Below the pieces are notes generated by a model. The model was not told the DNA's origin. It made no database searches and worked only from the letters and a program-made list of their open reading frames with translations. A stretch of 64,000 nt of DNA from a virus (taxonomy: Duplodnaviria > Caudoviricetes): the IMG/VR virus record IMGVR_UViG_3300037067_003400, positions 128,001 to 192,000 of that record; one strand, given 5' to 3'. The first letter of the stretch is position 1. The number at the start of each line of letters is the position of its first letter. This document shows positions 47,050 to 56,500 of this stretch, in pieces. Made by a program: the position numbers and the translations under genes.

Positions 47050-48444
47050 TTAAGAGAAAGCAATAGGTATAGTGGTTAGTCGTGGTGTTGTTTCATCATT
47101 CTTAAACCAGTAAGTTATACTGCTCCAGCTTGCCTCCCCTATTAGTATTGGTAGTGTATCTTTCAAGTTTCTTATTATCTCTTTGTATTCTGGTAATCTA
47201 TATGTATCAACTATATCAACATCATTTAGTCCTACTTCTTCTGGGTCTAAGTGTGACAAAGATACGTCTTTTATGTAAAGTATTCTATATTCTCCAGAAG
47301 CTAAATTAGATGTTGGAGCTAATATAGTGCTTGTTCCAGTTGTTGTTATAGTATAATTTGTATAAGAGTAATCTGCTACTACTCTTCTAAAGTTGGACGT
47401 ATCTGTTCCAGATGGAAACACTATTCTATTAGTTATAATAGAGGGGTATATGTCTTCTTCTGGATCTATTAGTAGAGAGTTTACGTATATGTTCCAGCTT
47501 GGCTCCCAGTCATGTGTTTTAGAATGCCAGGCTGTATTATTTATATTAGGTGTTAGTTGCTCATTAGATATATAAACTACTTCTGGAACTTCTGGGATAA
47601 ATATTTCCGTTATACCTGAGGAACTTAAGTTTATTGTATCTACTCCATTCCAGTAGAAGCTACCCATTAGTCCAAGGTCTCTTGCTATAGATACTAATAA
47701 ACCATCCTTTATAGTGGATGGTGGTTTTATATAAACTGTTTTTATTCTATCTAACAGTTCTGAATTAGTTTCATCTGTTAGCCTTGATATATCTACTTCT
47801 AAAGCTCTCTCATCTATTAAGTTCCACAAGTTATATCTTACTGGTGTATGTATATTATTTTTATTTTGATATATACAAGGTTCTTCTAATTCAAATATTC
47901 TTGTAATAGAGGGATAGTAAAGTAATGTGGAGCCTGTAGTTTCTGTAGATGTAATAGTTCCAGCTATTGTATCTATGAACTCACTGCCTCCAGGTATCTT
48001 TTCCCATTTATTAGTTTCGTATTGAACCCAGATAGGTTCGTCTGGTTGAATATCATTTGCAGTAACTGAATAAGTATATGTAGAAGATGAAGCAGATATA
48101 GTTATGTGTGCTATGTTTCTTAAGTATGTCTCAATGCCATTAGTTATATAGACTGGGTCTCTCGTATAGAAAAAATCGAATAAGCTTTTTGCATTTCTAA
48201 TATAAGTATAATCAGTATCGGAACTTGTTTTTATTTCTAATAGTAAGTCTTCACCAGAGGGATCTAACTCAGGAAGAGTCCATAGTAATCTTGGGTCTCC
48301 CTTTGATAGATTAGCCAGAGCCACGGAATCACCAACACGATCTACTATTTCTAATATGTAATCATGTGTTGGTATAGATTGTATTGCCCACTTATAAAGT
48401 AAGGAGCTGGTTTGTATGGTACTGGTGTAATGTATATCTTGCAT
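47050..48444 (-). CDS. baseplate wedge-like protein
   Basis: NLIDERALEVDISRLTDETNSELLDRI...IARDLGL. Confidence 0.6.
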   Translation of the reverse strand: MQDIHYTSTIQTSSLLYKWAIQSIPTHDYILEIVDRVGDSVALANLSKGDPRLLWTLPELDPSGEDLLLEIKTSSDTDYTYIRNAKSLFDFFYTRDPVYITNGIETYLRNIAHITISASSSTYTYSVTANDIQPDEPIWVQYETNKWEKIPGGSEFIDTIAGTITSTETTGSTLLYYPSITRIFELEEPCIYQNKNNIHTPVRYNLWNLIDERALEVDISRLTDETNSELLDRIKTVYIKPPSTIKDGLLVSIARDLGLMGSFYWNGVDTINLSSSGITEIFIPEVPEVVYISNEQLTPNINNTAWHSKTHDWEPSWNIYVNSLLIDPEEDIYPSIITNRIVFPSGTDTSNFRRVVADYSYTNYTITTTGTSTILAPTSNLASGEYRILYIKDVSLSHLDPEEVGLNDVDIVDTYRLPEYKEIIRNLKDTLPILIGEASWSSITYWFKNDETTPRLTTIPIAFS

Positions 48445-48447
48445 TGA

Positions 48448-49554
48448 TTAGATTATGGAGATTGGTTTACGGAGAAAGAACTTATCACCTTTGTTAGCAT
48501 ACTGGTCAACGTTAAGAGCGGCTTGGCCATTTACTTTTATTACTACACTTACATTCCTTATATCTGAGTGAGCATCCATTAATCTCGAAACTAATTCGTA
48601 GAATATGAAGCTTCCAATTCCTATTCCATCACCTACTGGTAGGTTATCTATATAGGCAGCAGCAGCTGCAGCTACTAAAGATCCTGCTGTAGCTGAGTCT
48701 AAGGTATCTTTGAGACTTAATTTAATAGTTAGGTCAATAGGTATTTCTTTAGGGGATTTTGCTATTGCTGATATTCCAAAAGCTACTGTATTATCTAAAA
48801 CTGATTGAGCTTGATCTAATAGTGCCTGGCTTACTCTTGTATCTACTGAAGTTATAATAACGTCTATAGTTCCAGTGCCTCTTGCTAAAGGTAAAGGGAA
48901 CACATCTTTTACCCCAGGAATTTCCATTAGCTTCATTCTAATAGATTCTTCTGTTGCTCCTTGTATTATACTAAAGGCTTTTGATATTCTATATCTATAG
49001 TTATCATCAGATTCTACAGCTGTTCCATTTACTACTGGAAGAATATTAGTAACTGTAACTAAAGCATTACCTAAGTCGTGTTTACTAATAGCCCCTATAC
49101 CTACGTTGTAGCCAGAGCCGTCACCTAAAGCAGTTATATCAATATAACCATCAGCTCCTGATGCTAATGTTAAAGCATCATTAGTTGAGAATGCTACTCT
49201 GGGATCTGCCTCCGACCATATTCTTGTAAGGGCTGGGATTGTTACAGATGTATCACTATTGTTTCTAAATTGAACCGCCGCTCCCATCCCAGCAGTAGTA
49301 GCTGCTTTAGCTGGTAATCTTTTTATACCAAAGAGTTCACCTATGTTATCTAAGTTAGTTCCAGTAGCTGTTGATAGGTTTCCCTGATTGTATATATCTA
49401 AAAGTTGATGGTATAAATCAATTACTCTGGCAGAAGCTATTTTAATTAGTGAGCCAGCAACGCTTGACTCACTAAAGTTTGTTATGCCTGTTTCATTTTT
49501 TACTATAGTTTGTGCTTCTTCTACTAATTCTTCATAGCTTGGAATGGCAATCAT
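48448..49554 (-). CDS. baseplate J/gp47-like protein
   Basis: STATGTNLDNIG...GIKR, GSGYNV, ESDDNYRYRI, IPGV, GTGTIDV. Confidence 0.88.
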   Translation of the reverse strand: MIAIPSYEELVEEAQTIVKNETGITNFSESSVAGSLIKIASARVIDLYHQLLDIYNQGNLSTATGTNLDNIGELFGIKRLPAKAATTAGMGAAVQFRNNSDTSVTIPALTRIWSEADPRVAFSTNDALTLASGADGYIDITALGDGSGYNVGIGAISKHDLGNALVTVTNILPVVNGTAVESDDNYRYRISKAFSIIQGATEESIRMKLMEIPGVKDVFPLPLARGTGTIDVIITSVDTRVSQALLDQAQSVLDNTVAFGISAIAKSPKEIPIDLTIKLSLKDTLDSATAGSLVAAAAAAYIDNLPVGDGIGIGSFIFYELVSRLMDAHSDIRNVSVVIKVNGQAALNVDQYANKGDKFFLRKPISII

Positions 49555-49572
49555 ACTAATTCCTCATTTCAG

Positions 49573-50742
49573 TTACTGCCCATAGGCTGGGTAGCAACAC
49601 TTCTTATATTTCTTGTTTGATCCACATGGGCAAGGGTCATTACGCTTAACGTTTAAGTCAAGTTCTGGCCCTGGTCCAAGGTCTCCCATTGATCCTTTAA
49701 ATCTAATATCCTCCCAAGCTCTTACCCATTTATCTACTGACGTTTTATAGTCGTAGTTTGTTCTTACGTATTCTTGTCCTGCTTGCCCTTGTTCTTTTCT
49801 GTAGGTTTCATCTTCTATTAGGCGGGACAATTGTTGTTCCCATTCATAAGTATTAGTAGCTACATAAGCTCCAGCTGGGCACTCTCTTGCAAAGCGAGCA
49901 TAAGGAGCAACCTTACTACCTACTATAGGAATGCCATGAGCTAAATGCTCTAAGTACTTTAGGGAACTCTTAGCCATATTAAATGCTGTACAAGCTATTG
50001 GTGCTAATCCTATATCAAAATGTGTTAGCATCTTAGGATAGTTGTCTAACCCAACAGCTGGAAGTATAATTATTCTATCTTTAAATTTTTCTATCTCTGG
50101 ATTTAAGCAGAACCGTTGTACCATCTCTGGTGAAGATTGTATGGCAAACTTAATATGATCATACTTTCGTAATATATTTAACACAATTGGCCATAGTAGG
50201 TTTATATCTTTTTGGTGAGTATTACCACCACTCCACCCAACTGTTAAACTCTTGTCTCTATTCTCTACTTTAGTTTCCCAGTCTCTTATATCAAAGTCTA
50301 CACAGTTTGATATTACATATGTATTCTTATTAAGAGCTAAATAGAAAGCTGCAAGTTCATGCGTAGTTACTGTGATACCATGACAAGAAGATAGCCCACG
50401 TTCTGCATTAGCAAGTTCCTTAGTTCCCTTTTTATATACAGGGAATGCAGGAGAGTCTGCGTGTACACCATGCAGGTAGTCATCAACTTCATAGATAACT
50501 GTCTTACCTTTTTCTCTTAAGGCATCCATCATATCAAGAACTTCTGGTCTGTATTGTCTTTGAGCTAATACATAATCATAGGGTTCTATTTCTGCCATGC
50601 TAACTTCATTAATTATTTTAGTCATAGCTCCGTGTCTTTGTGCGTATTCTAAAGGATACTGTATTCTTAAGTAGCCACAAGCACTTTCGTCAGCACGGAA
50701 TCCAATGATCTTTAGACCATTGAATTTGTTAGAGTATTGCAT
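49573..50742 (-). CDS. GT4-like glycosyltransferase with C-terminal SEC-C motif
   Basis: CGYLRI..P, YEVDD, VGWSGG..H, DIGLAP...FN..KS.LKYLE; ends KRNDPCPCGSNKKYKKCC. Confidence 0.85.
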   Translation of the reverse strand: MQYSNKFNGLKIIGFRADESACGYLRIQYPLEYAQRHGAMTKIINEVSMAEIEPYDYVLAQRQYRPEVLDMMDALREKGKTVIYEVDDYLHGVHADSPAFPVYKKGTKELANAERGLSSCHGITVTTHELAAFYLALNKNTYVISNCVDFDIRDWETKVENRDKSLTVGWSGGNTHQKDINLLWPIVLNILRKYDHIKFAIQSSPEMVQRFCLNPEIEKFKDRIIILPAVGLDNYPKMLTHFDIGLAPIACTAFNMAKSSLKYLEHLAHGIPIVGSKVAPYARFARECPAGAYVATNTYEWEQQLSRLIEDETYRKEQGQAGQEYVRTNYDYKTSVDKWVRAWEDIRFKGSMGDLGPGPELDLNVKRNDPCPCGSNKKYKKCCYPAYGQ

Positions 50743-50767
50743 ATTGTCCTCCGTCGTTATACTTTAG

Positions 50768-51163
50768 TTATTGTACTTCTAATATTCCTGTTGTTATATC
50801 TAACGATGCTGTTATAGCATAGTCATGTTCTGTAGAGTGATATGTTACCATTACTAATAGCTTTGTTGCAGATAGAGGAGATACTCTTACGTTGATTTCA
50901 TTTATAGATAAGAAGCCATCATGTGTTAGCGCATTAGTTACCATATCTTCTACTACGGCTCCTGTGTCTGGTATGTTAGGATAACCAATGACATCTTCTA
51001 ATGGAGTTCCACATTCTGGTTCTAATTCAAAGTCTCCCTTGTAGGTCTTTAGTCTAAAGAGTATATTATCTACTATGACATCATCTCCTGTAGAGAGTGC
51101 CAAGTCCCCATCATACCCTATCTCTATATCTCCATCTGTATTTAGATGTACATCTTTTAACAT
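50768..51163 (-). CDS. gp25-like baseplate wedge protein
   Basis: GDLAL...ILFRLKTYKGDFELEPECG. Confidence 0.75.
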   Translation of the reverse strand: MLKDVHLNTDGDIEIGYDGDLALSTGDDVIVDNILFRLKTYKGDFELEPECGTPLEDVIGYPNIPDTGAVVEDMVTNALTHDGFLSINEINVRVSPLSATKLLVMVTYHSTEHDYAITASLDITTGILEVQ

Positions 51164-51166
51164 ATC

Positions 51167-51670
51167 TTATACGTCTCCAATAAGGTCTTTTAGTTTTTGT
51201 AATGCATCCACTTGTACTGGAGGCTTTGGTATGAATAATGGTGTTGTTCCAAAGTTTACTGCTAAAGTCATTAGTAGGTTCTGTAAGTCTGAAGCCATAA
51301 TAGTGTAGTCTTTATCTGGTTCTATTGGAACCTTTCCAAGACTCTCAGCGGCCTCCTTGAGGAATCTTGATAGTGGAGCTACAAGCTTTGTCCATTCTGG
51401 ATTAAGTTTACCCTCATTGAACTCTAAGCCTGTTGGAGTTGTGTACGTAGCATTTCTCCCAGAGTTTGTTACCATGGTAGGAGAGTCTACTGTTATCTGT
51501 CCAGTGGCACCATCTATTATAATACAAGCATTCCCTGCTTTCATTACAATAACATTATCATCTGTTACATCTACTCTTGCTCCAGATATTTTATTTACTA
51601 AACCTACTGAGGTTTTAGATGGGTATTGTTTTTCTGTTACTATCTGCTCTACTTTATCCATTAAAGCCAC
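51167..51670 (-). CDS. putative spike beta-helix protein
   Basis: Repeating beta-turn pattern GARVDVTDDNVIVMKAGNACIIIDG; position between the OB-fold and gp25-like genes. Confidence 0.5.
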   Translation of the reverse strand: MALMDKVEQIVTEKQYPSKTSVGLVNKISGARVDVTDDNVIVMKAGNACIIIDGATGQITVDSPTMVTNSGRNATYTTPTGLEFNEGKLNPEWTKLVAPLSRFLKEAAESLGKVPIEPDKDYTIMASDLQNLLMTLAVNFGTTPLFIPKPPVQVDALQKLKDLIGDV

Positions 51671-52017
51671 CTTGTAGGAGCTATAGGTTTTCTACCTTCA
51701 TCTCTATAACTTTCTTTTAATGCTATACTATCACTTATAAAAACCCCAGAGATGATTGGTTTTGTAGGATCTCCATCACAAAAAGAAATAGAAACTAAAG
51801 TTCCTACTTCTGGGGCAGCAGTTTTTATTCCGTTAGTTTGTACAGGCCATGGTAATATAGTAGATTTAACTATCCTGCTATCTGTATTGTTTCTAATTGA
51901 TACTCTTACCATATTAGCATCATTAAGAACTTCTGTTATAATGCCTTGGGTATTTATTGCAACAGAGCCTATGTTTTTTTGTATGTGGTTTTCTACTGCT
52001 TCACGAAATTTATTCAT
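51661..52017 (-). CDS. baseplate spike OB-fold (gpV/gp5 N-terminal-like) protein
   Basis: GIITEV...PEVGTLVSISFCDGDPTKPIISG. Confidence 0.7.
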   Translation of the reverse strand: MNKFREAVENHIQKNIGSVAINTQGIITEVLNDANMVRVSIRNNTDSRIVKSTILPWPVQTNGIKTAAPEVGTLVSISFCDGDPTKPIISGVFISDSIALKESYRDEGRKPIAPTRWL

Positions 52018-52038
52018 AATTTAAATCTTTCTATATTA

Positions 52039-52045
52039 ATTATAC
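52039..52045 (-). promoter_or_regulatory. putative promoter -10 motif for the baseplate operon
   Basis: TGTATAATTAATATAG in the intergenic gap. Confidence 0.5.
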
Positions 52046-52068
52046 ATCGTTAATGCTAATTTGACTAC

Positions 52069-53571
52069 CTATTTTGAGGAGTATTTTGGCATTGCTGCCC
52101 ATTCTATTATAGCACCATGCTTATCAAGGTCAGCTTGAATAGATCTATTAGCTGTACCTATTCCTCCAGTAAGACTTTCATTATAAACATAAGTCTCTGG
52201 TTTACCATCTATTCCACCAACTACTGCAAAGTGCCCACTCTTATATGCTGGTGTTCCTATTCTAATATGTACTACCATTCCAGGATGCAGTTGATTTATA
52301 GTAGTTGGTCCTATATTACGAACTACATTACCTGTTCTCAAGCTTGCATTCTGCTCTACTGCTGATGGGTGAGCATCATTACTTTTACCCATACTACAAG
52401 GTTTATCATATCCAGCAGCTCCCATCATATATAGTAAATCATGTGTATATCTTCCACACTGTCCAGCTGCGTATTGTCTTCCAAGGTTAGAAGTAGTTGT
52501 GAAATTTCCACCTACATTACTAACAAATCTTGAACGTGTTTGCAATAGTTCTCCACCCCTTCTTGTATCTATTGGTGAGTAATCTAATTTACCTTGAGCT
52601 TTAAATAACCCATTCTCACTATCTTCTGTATCTTCAGTTGAGTACTCCGGTGCTTCTATTCCCAGACCAAAGATAGCTCCAGCTACTACAGCTTGTAAAG
52701 CTTCTACACTAAACCAATGCCCCATAGCTCCACGTGTAACTCCAGCTGTAGCCCACTTATCAAATGCTGAGTTAACACCAAAGGAACTAATGACATTATC
52801 CCAGAACCCCTGTGGATCTCCTATTACACATCCCATATGCCCGTTAATTCCAGCAACATAGTTTCTTTTATTAACTGTTAATGGCATCATGATAAGGCAT
52901 TGTCTGGATATAAGGTATCTATTAATCCAGTCTACTATAGAAGAAGCAAGTATATACCAAATACTCATCCTTGTTATATTTTTTATAGTGTTAGATTTTG
53001 CTATAGTTTTATTGAATACATCTTCTATACTTGTAACGCCTGTTTGCTTTGCTATTCTTTTTCCTACAAGATCTAATTCACTTTGTACTTGTTCTAATTT
53101 TTGTGCTACTCCAGGCTGTCCAAATTCTCCATAGGTAGCACCTAAATCTTTTCCTGCTATTTGTTCTGCTTTAACTTGTATTTTAAGAGATTCAGCTGTA
53201 GCTCGTAGCTTAACCCATTTAGCTACATTAGCCCCTACAGTATCTCCACTCATACCAGCTTTCTTTAGCATATTAGTTAGTTTATTAGCTTCAATGAACT
53301 CTGATATCTTGGCTTTCAAATCTTTTATATTCTTTACTATAGCTCCTACATGTTCATTCTCCTCTAAAGCGTCTATTAACTTAGTACCTGCACTTGTTTT
53401 TTCGAGGATGCTTTCAATTATTTTAGTAGACTTCCCAGACTCAATTAAACTTGTAAACCAATCTTTGGCTCCAGCTGCTCTTGCTTTTCCACCCTCAATA
53501 AGTCCTAATACTTTTTCATTCTTTATTTTACCTGTAGCATTATCTATTATATCTCTGCTAGTAGCGTTCAT
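52069..53571 (-). CDS. C-terminal part of the giant tail protein, with CHAP/NlpC-P60-like peptidoglycan hydrolase
   Basis: GQCGRY...PGMVV...GHFAVV...E; no SD before the ATG; joins the upstream ORF if one A is removed from the A7 run. Confidence 0.6.
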   Translation of the reverse strand: MNATSRDIIDNATGKIKNEKVLGLIEGGKARAAGAKDWFTSLIESGKSTKIIESILEKTSAGTKLIDALEENEHVGAIVKNIKDLKAKISEFIEANKLTNMLKKAGMSGDTVGANVAKWVKLRATAESLKIQVKAEQIAGKDLGATYGEFGQPGVAQKLEQVQSELDLVGKRIAKQTGVTSIEDVFNKTIAKSNTIKNITRMSIWYILASSIVDWINRYLISRQCLIMMPLTVNKRNYVAGINGHMGCVIGDPQGFWDNVISSFGVNSAFDKWATAGVTRGAMGHWFSVEALQAVVAGAIFGLGIEAPEYSTEDTEDSENGLFKAQGKLDYSPIDTRRGGELLQTRSRFVSNVGGNFTTTSNLGRQYAAGQCGRYTHDLLYMMGAAGYDKPCSMGKSNDAHPSAVEQNASLRTGNVVRNIGPTTINQLHPGMVVHIRIGTPAYKSGHFAVVGGIDGKPETYVYNESLTGGIGTANRSIQADLDKHGAIIEWAAMPKYSSK

Positions 53572-56500
53572 TAGAATGTTTTTTTAGTCGTATAGACGTA
53601 CCAGCAGCTACTCCAGTTCCCCACTTATCTAATTTTAATATGAGGCTAAGTATATATTTAGCACACATTTCAGGGGTTAGAACTTGTGATAGTTTAGATG
53701 CAGTTTGTTGAAGTAGTAATGCTGCTACTGCTTTTTGTCCAGCCCTAACTCCCCAAGCCCATGTTATCTGGTCTCCTGAGTCTACTGCTGATACCATAAG
53801 GTCTGGAGAGATAGTAGTTATCAATCCATTCTCAGCTGATATATGTTGGGTAACTTCTTTTACTTCTATAAGTCCTGCCATCTCTGCATCAGTATCTGCT
53901 ATGTAGCATCTATCATAAGGTTTAATAGATGGGTCGCCAGCTACTATAATGCTACCTTGGTACATATCTTTTACTACTTCTTTTAAGGAACTAATAGCAT
54001 AGTTGTTATCTGGTGTTCTTGATAGGTTACCTAAGACTTTACCCATTCCACCTATAATCCAGTTGGTTATAATATCACCAGCATCCATAGCCCCAGTAGA
54101 ATACAAGCCGCTATTAACAGTTAATAGCTTCTGATACTCTGGTAATATATCAGTGTCTAAGTATGCCTTCATTGTATAGTGTTCGTGGTTATCTCTTGTA
54201 GCCCAGCTATTACTGGTTCCCTTAGCCTGGCATATAGTATAGATATCTTCTGAGCTTGCTATTATTTTATTGGCTATAAGGTTTATACTTGAAGCTACTA
54301 TATGATATTGTTGGAAAGGCTTCCTTAAGAATACAGTTTCTGGCGCTTCTATTATACTCTTTACAAAGTCATCTGGTTTTGCTTCTACTCCACTGGTTCC
54401 AGCATTCATAGCTATAGCTTGCTTTAGCATAAACTCTGTTGTGTATTCATAGTTTAATGGCCAGTATGGTTTACCATAGAACAGTGTGCTTTGTAAATCA
54501 AATGGATATACGGCATGAATATAATCTGGAGCTACTTTGGTACAGGTATCTATTACCTTCCAAGCTGTAGCTTCATCCATGTTTAATCCAATCAGGGATT
54601 CTCCACCTTTGAATCCACGAGACAACCCAAAGATATCATATGTATCCCAGAGAGAAGTATTAGCTATAGACTGGTCTAACTTGAAGGCATCTTCATCAGC
54701 CCTATAAATATTAATACCTATCTCCCCTACATCCTTAGTTGCTCCATATGTAGGTCTTCCAAAGTGCTCTATACCATATGGATTGTTAGCATTATACCCG
54801 CCCTCTGTCATCCACTCTATTACATTAGTAGGAGACATAACAGTTAATATAGCTTCTCTTGGTTCTATACCTGCACCTAACCATGTATAAGATCTGTATG
54901 GTGCTCCTGATTGCTCTAACTGATTAAGTAGTTCTATTCCATCTCCTAATGCTACTACTGTTAGATTCTCTTCTGGTGCTGGGACTTCTGTTATAGTCCC
55001 GTTGAAAACTATAGGCAAGTTATTAGGGTTAGAGCCGAAGCCCATTCTTACATGCACTCTTGCTCCAGGCTTTAATAATAAACTGTTAGCATGCAGGTTC
55101 CACTTATCAAGTATGTTGGATATATTCGGGAAGAGTGTACTCTTTATTCCTCCAAACATATACTCTATTCCCCATTTATAGTTTATACCTTCTAACAATG
55201 GATTCTCTGCTGGCATTTTAGTAAGGTAACCAAACTGATTTGAGAATGTAATAATAGCTGTATCTACTGGAGACTTTCTTGTCTTATGAACATCTATACT
55301 TTGCACTGCTGTCATACCATACCAGTGATCATACATTCTCCAGAAGCGTAGCCATCTTCCACCGTCTACTAATAGTAGACAGTAAGTAGGAAATGCCCTT
55401 AGTAGTCTTCCATAGTTAGAATAGTTTCTCATATCAAAGAACATATCTTTTCCATCTTCTCTATAGAAGGCTTCTGATACAGGTGTAAAGTCTGAACCTT
55501 GCCCACTGTTTAAGTCATTTAATCTATCTGCTTCTTCCTTCTTATCAATGTTAGAGTTTGCAGTCATATCTACTGACCAGGAATTAATACCAGCAGCCGC
55601 TGGAATAGATGGTTCTGGATTTATAGCAGCAGGTTCTTTAGCTTTGTTCTTATCACCTAACCATGCTAATACTTTTGTTAAGTTGGTTCCTGCTTTAGTA
55701 TTTAGTGTATCTGTTATCTGGGAAAATAATCCCGTCCCCTCTTTGTTAGAAGCATATGCACTCTTACAAACTTTTAAAACATAACCTGGACTATTATACG
55801 CAGCAATACAAAGTATCCATACTTCACTGGAGGATAACTTACCCCCAGCTGCTGCAGCTATAGAAGAATAGTGAGACTGTAGATACCCTAAAGAAACATC
55901 TATTATAAACTCTGGGAATCTTCTGGGATCGTTTTTGTCTACTTCATCATTAGAAGCATAGTTTGTTTTTACCGTGAAGTCTAACCAGTCATTACCATTT
56001 CTCCAGGAGTATACACCCCCACCTTTGTCTTTAAACTTATTAGAAGACATTCTACGTAGTTGCCCAAGTAGAGTAGCCGTAGTCATTTGTCCTAAGCCAT
56101 AGGAAAGTCCTTTATCATAAAGAGAGATACTTGCTGCTCCACCTTCTTTTGCAAGTAGGGCTGCAGCTATTCCATATGGTACAGCTGTCGGTTGTTTCTT
56201 CCTAACGTTTTCTATTATCTGTGAATACTGTGAGATTCCTTTTTGTGATAGGTTAGCCTGTAATGATTCTGTAGTAACCATACCATAGCCAGATCCAGAG
56301 GTACTATTTATTAGAGATATTGCTCTGTTGTATTGAGCTTCTGCTGCTTGTGTTTGGGCTACTAAATCTTTAGTAGATTTTATCCCACCCATATAAGGTA
56401 TGGTAGTTTTAATACCTTCCCTATCCATTATCTCCGTGTTGTCTTCACCATTACTTCTTACAACACTTTCTATTAACTCTTTACCATATTGACTAAAAGG

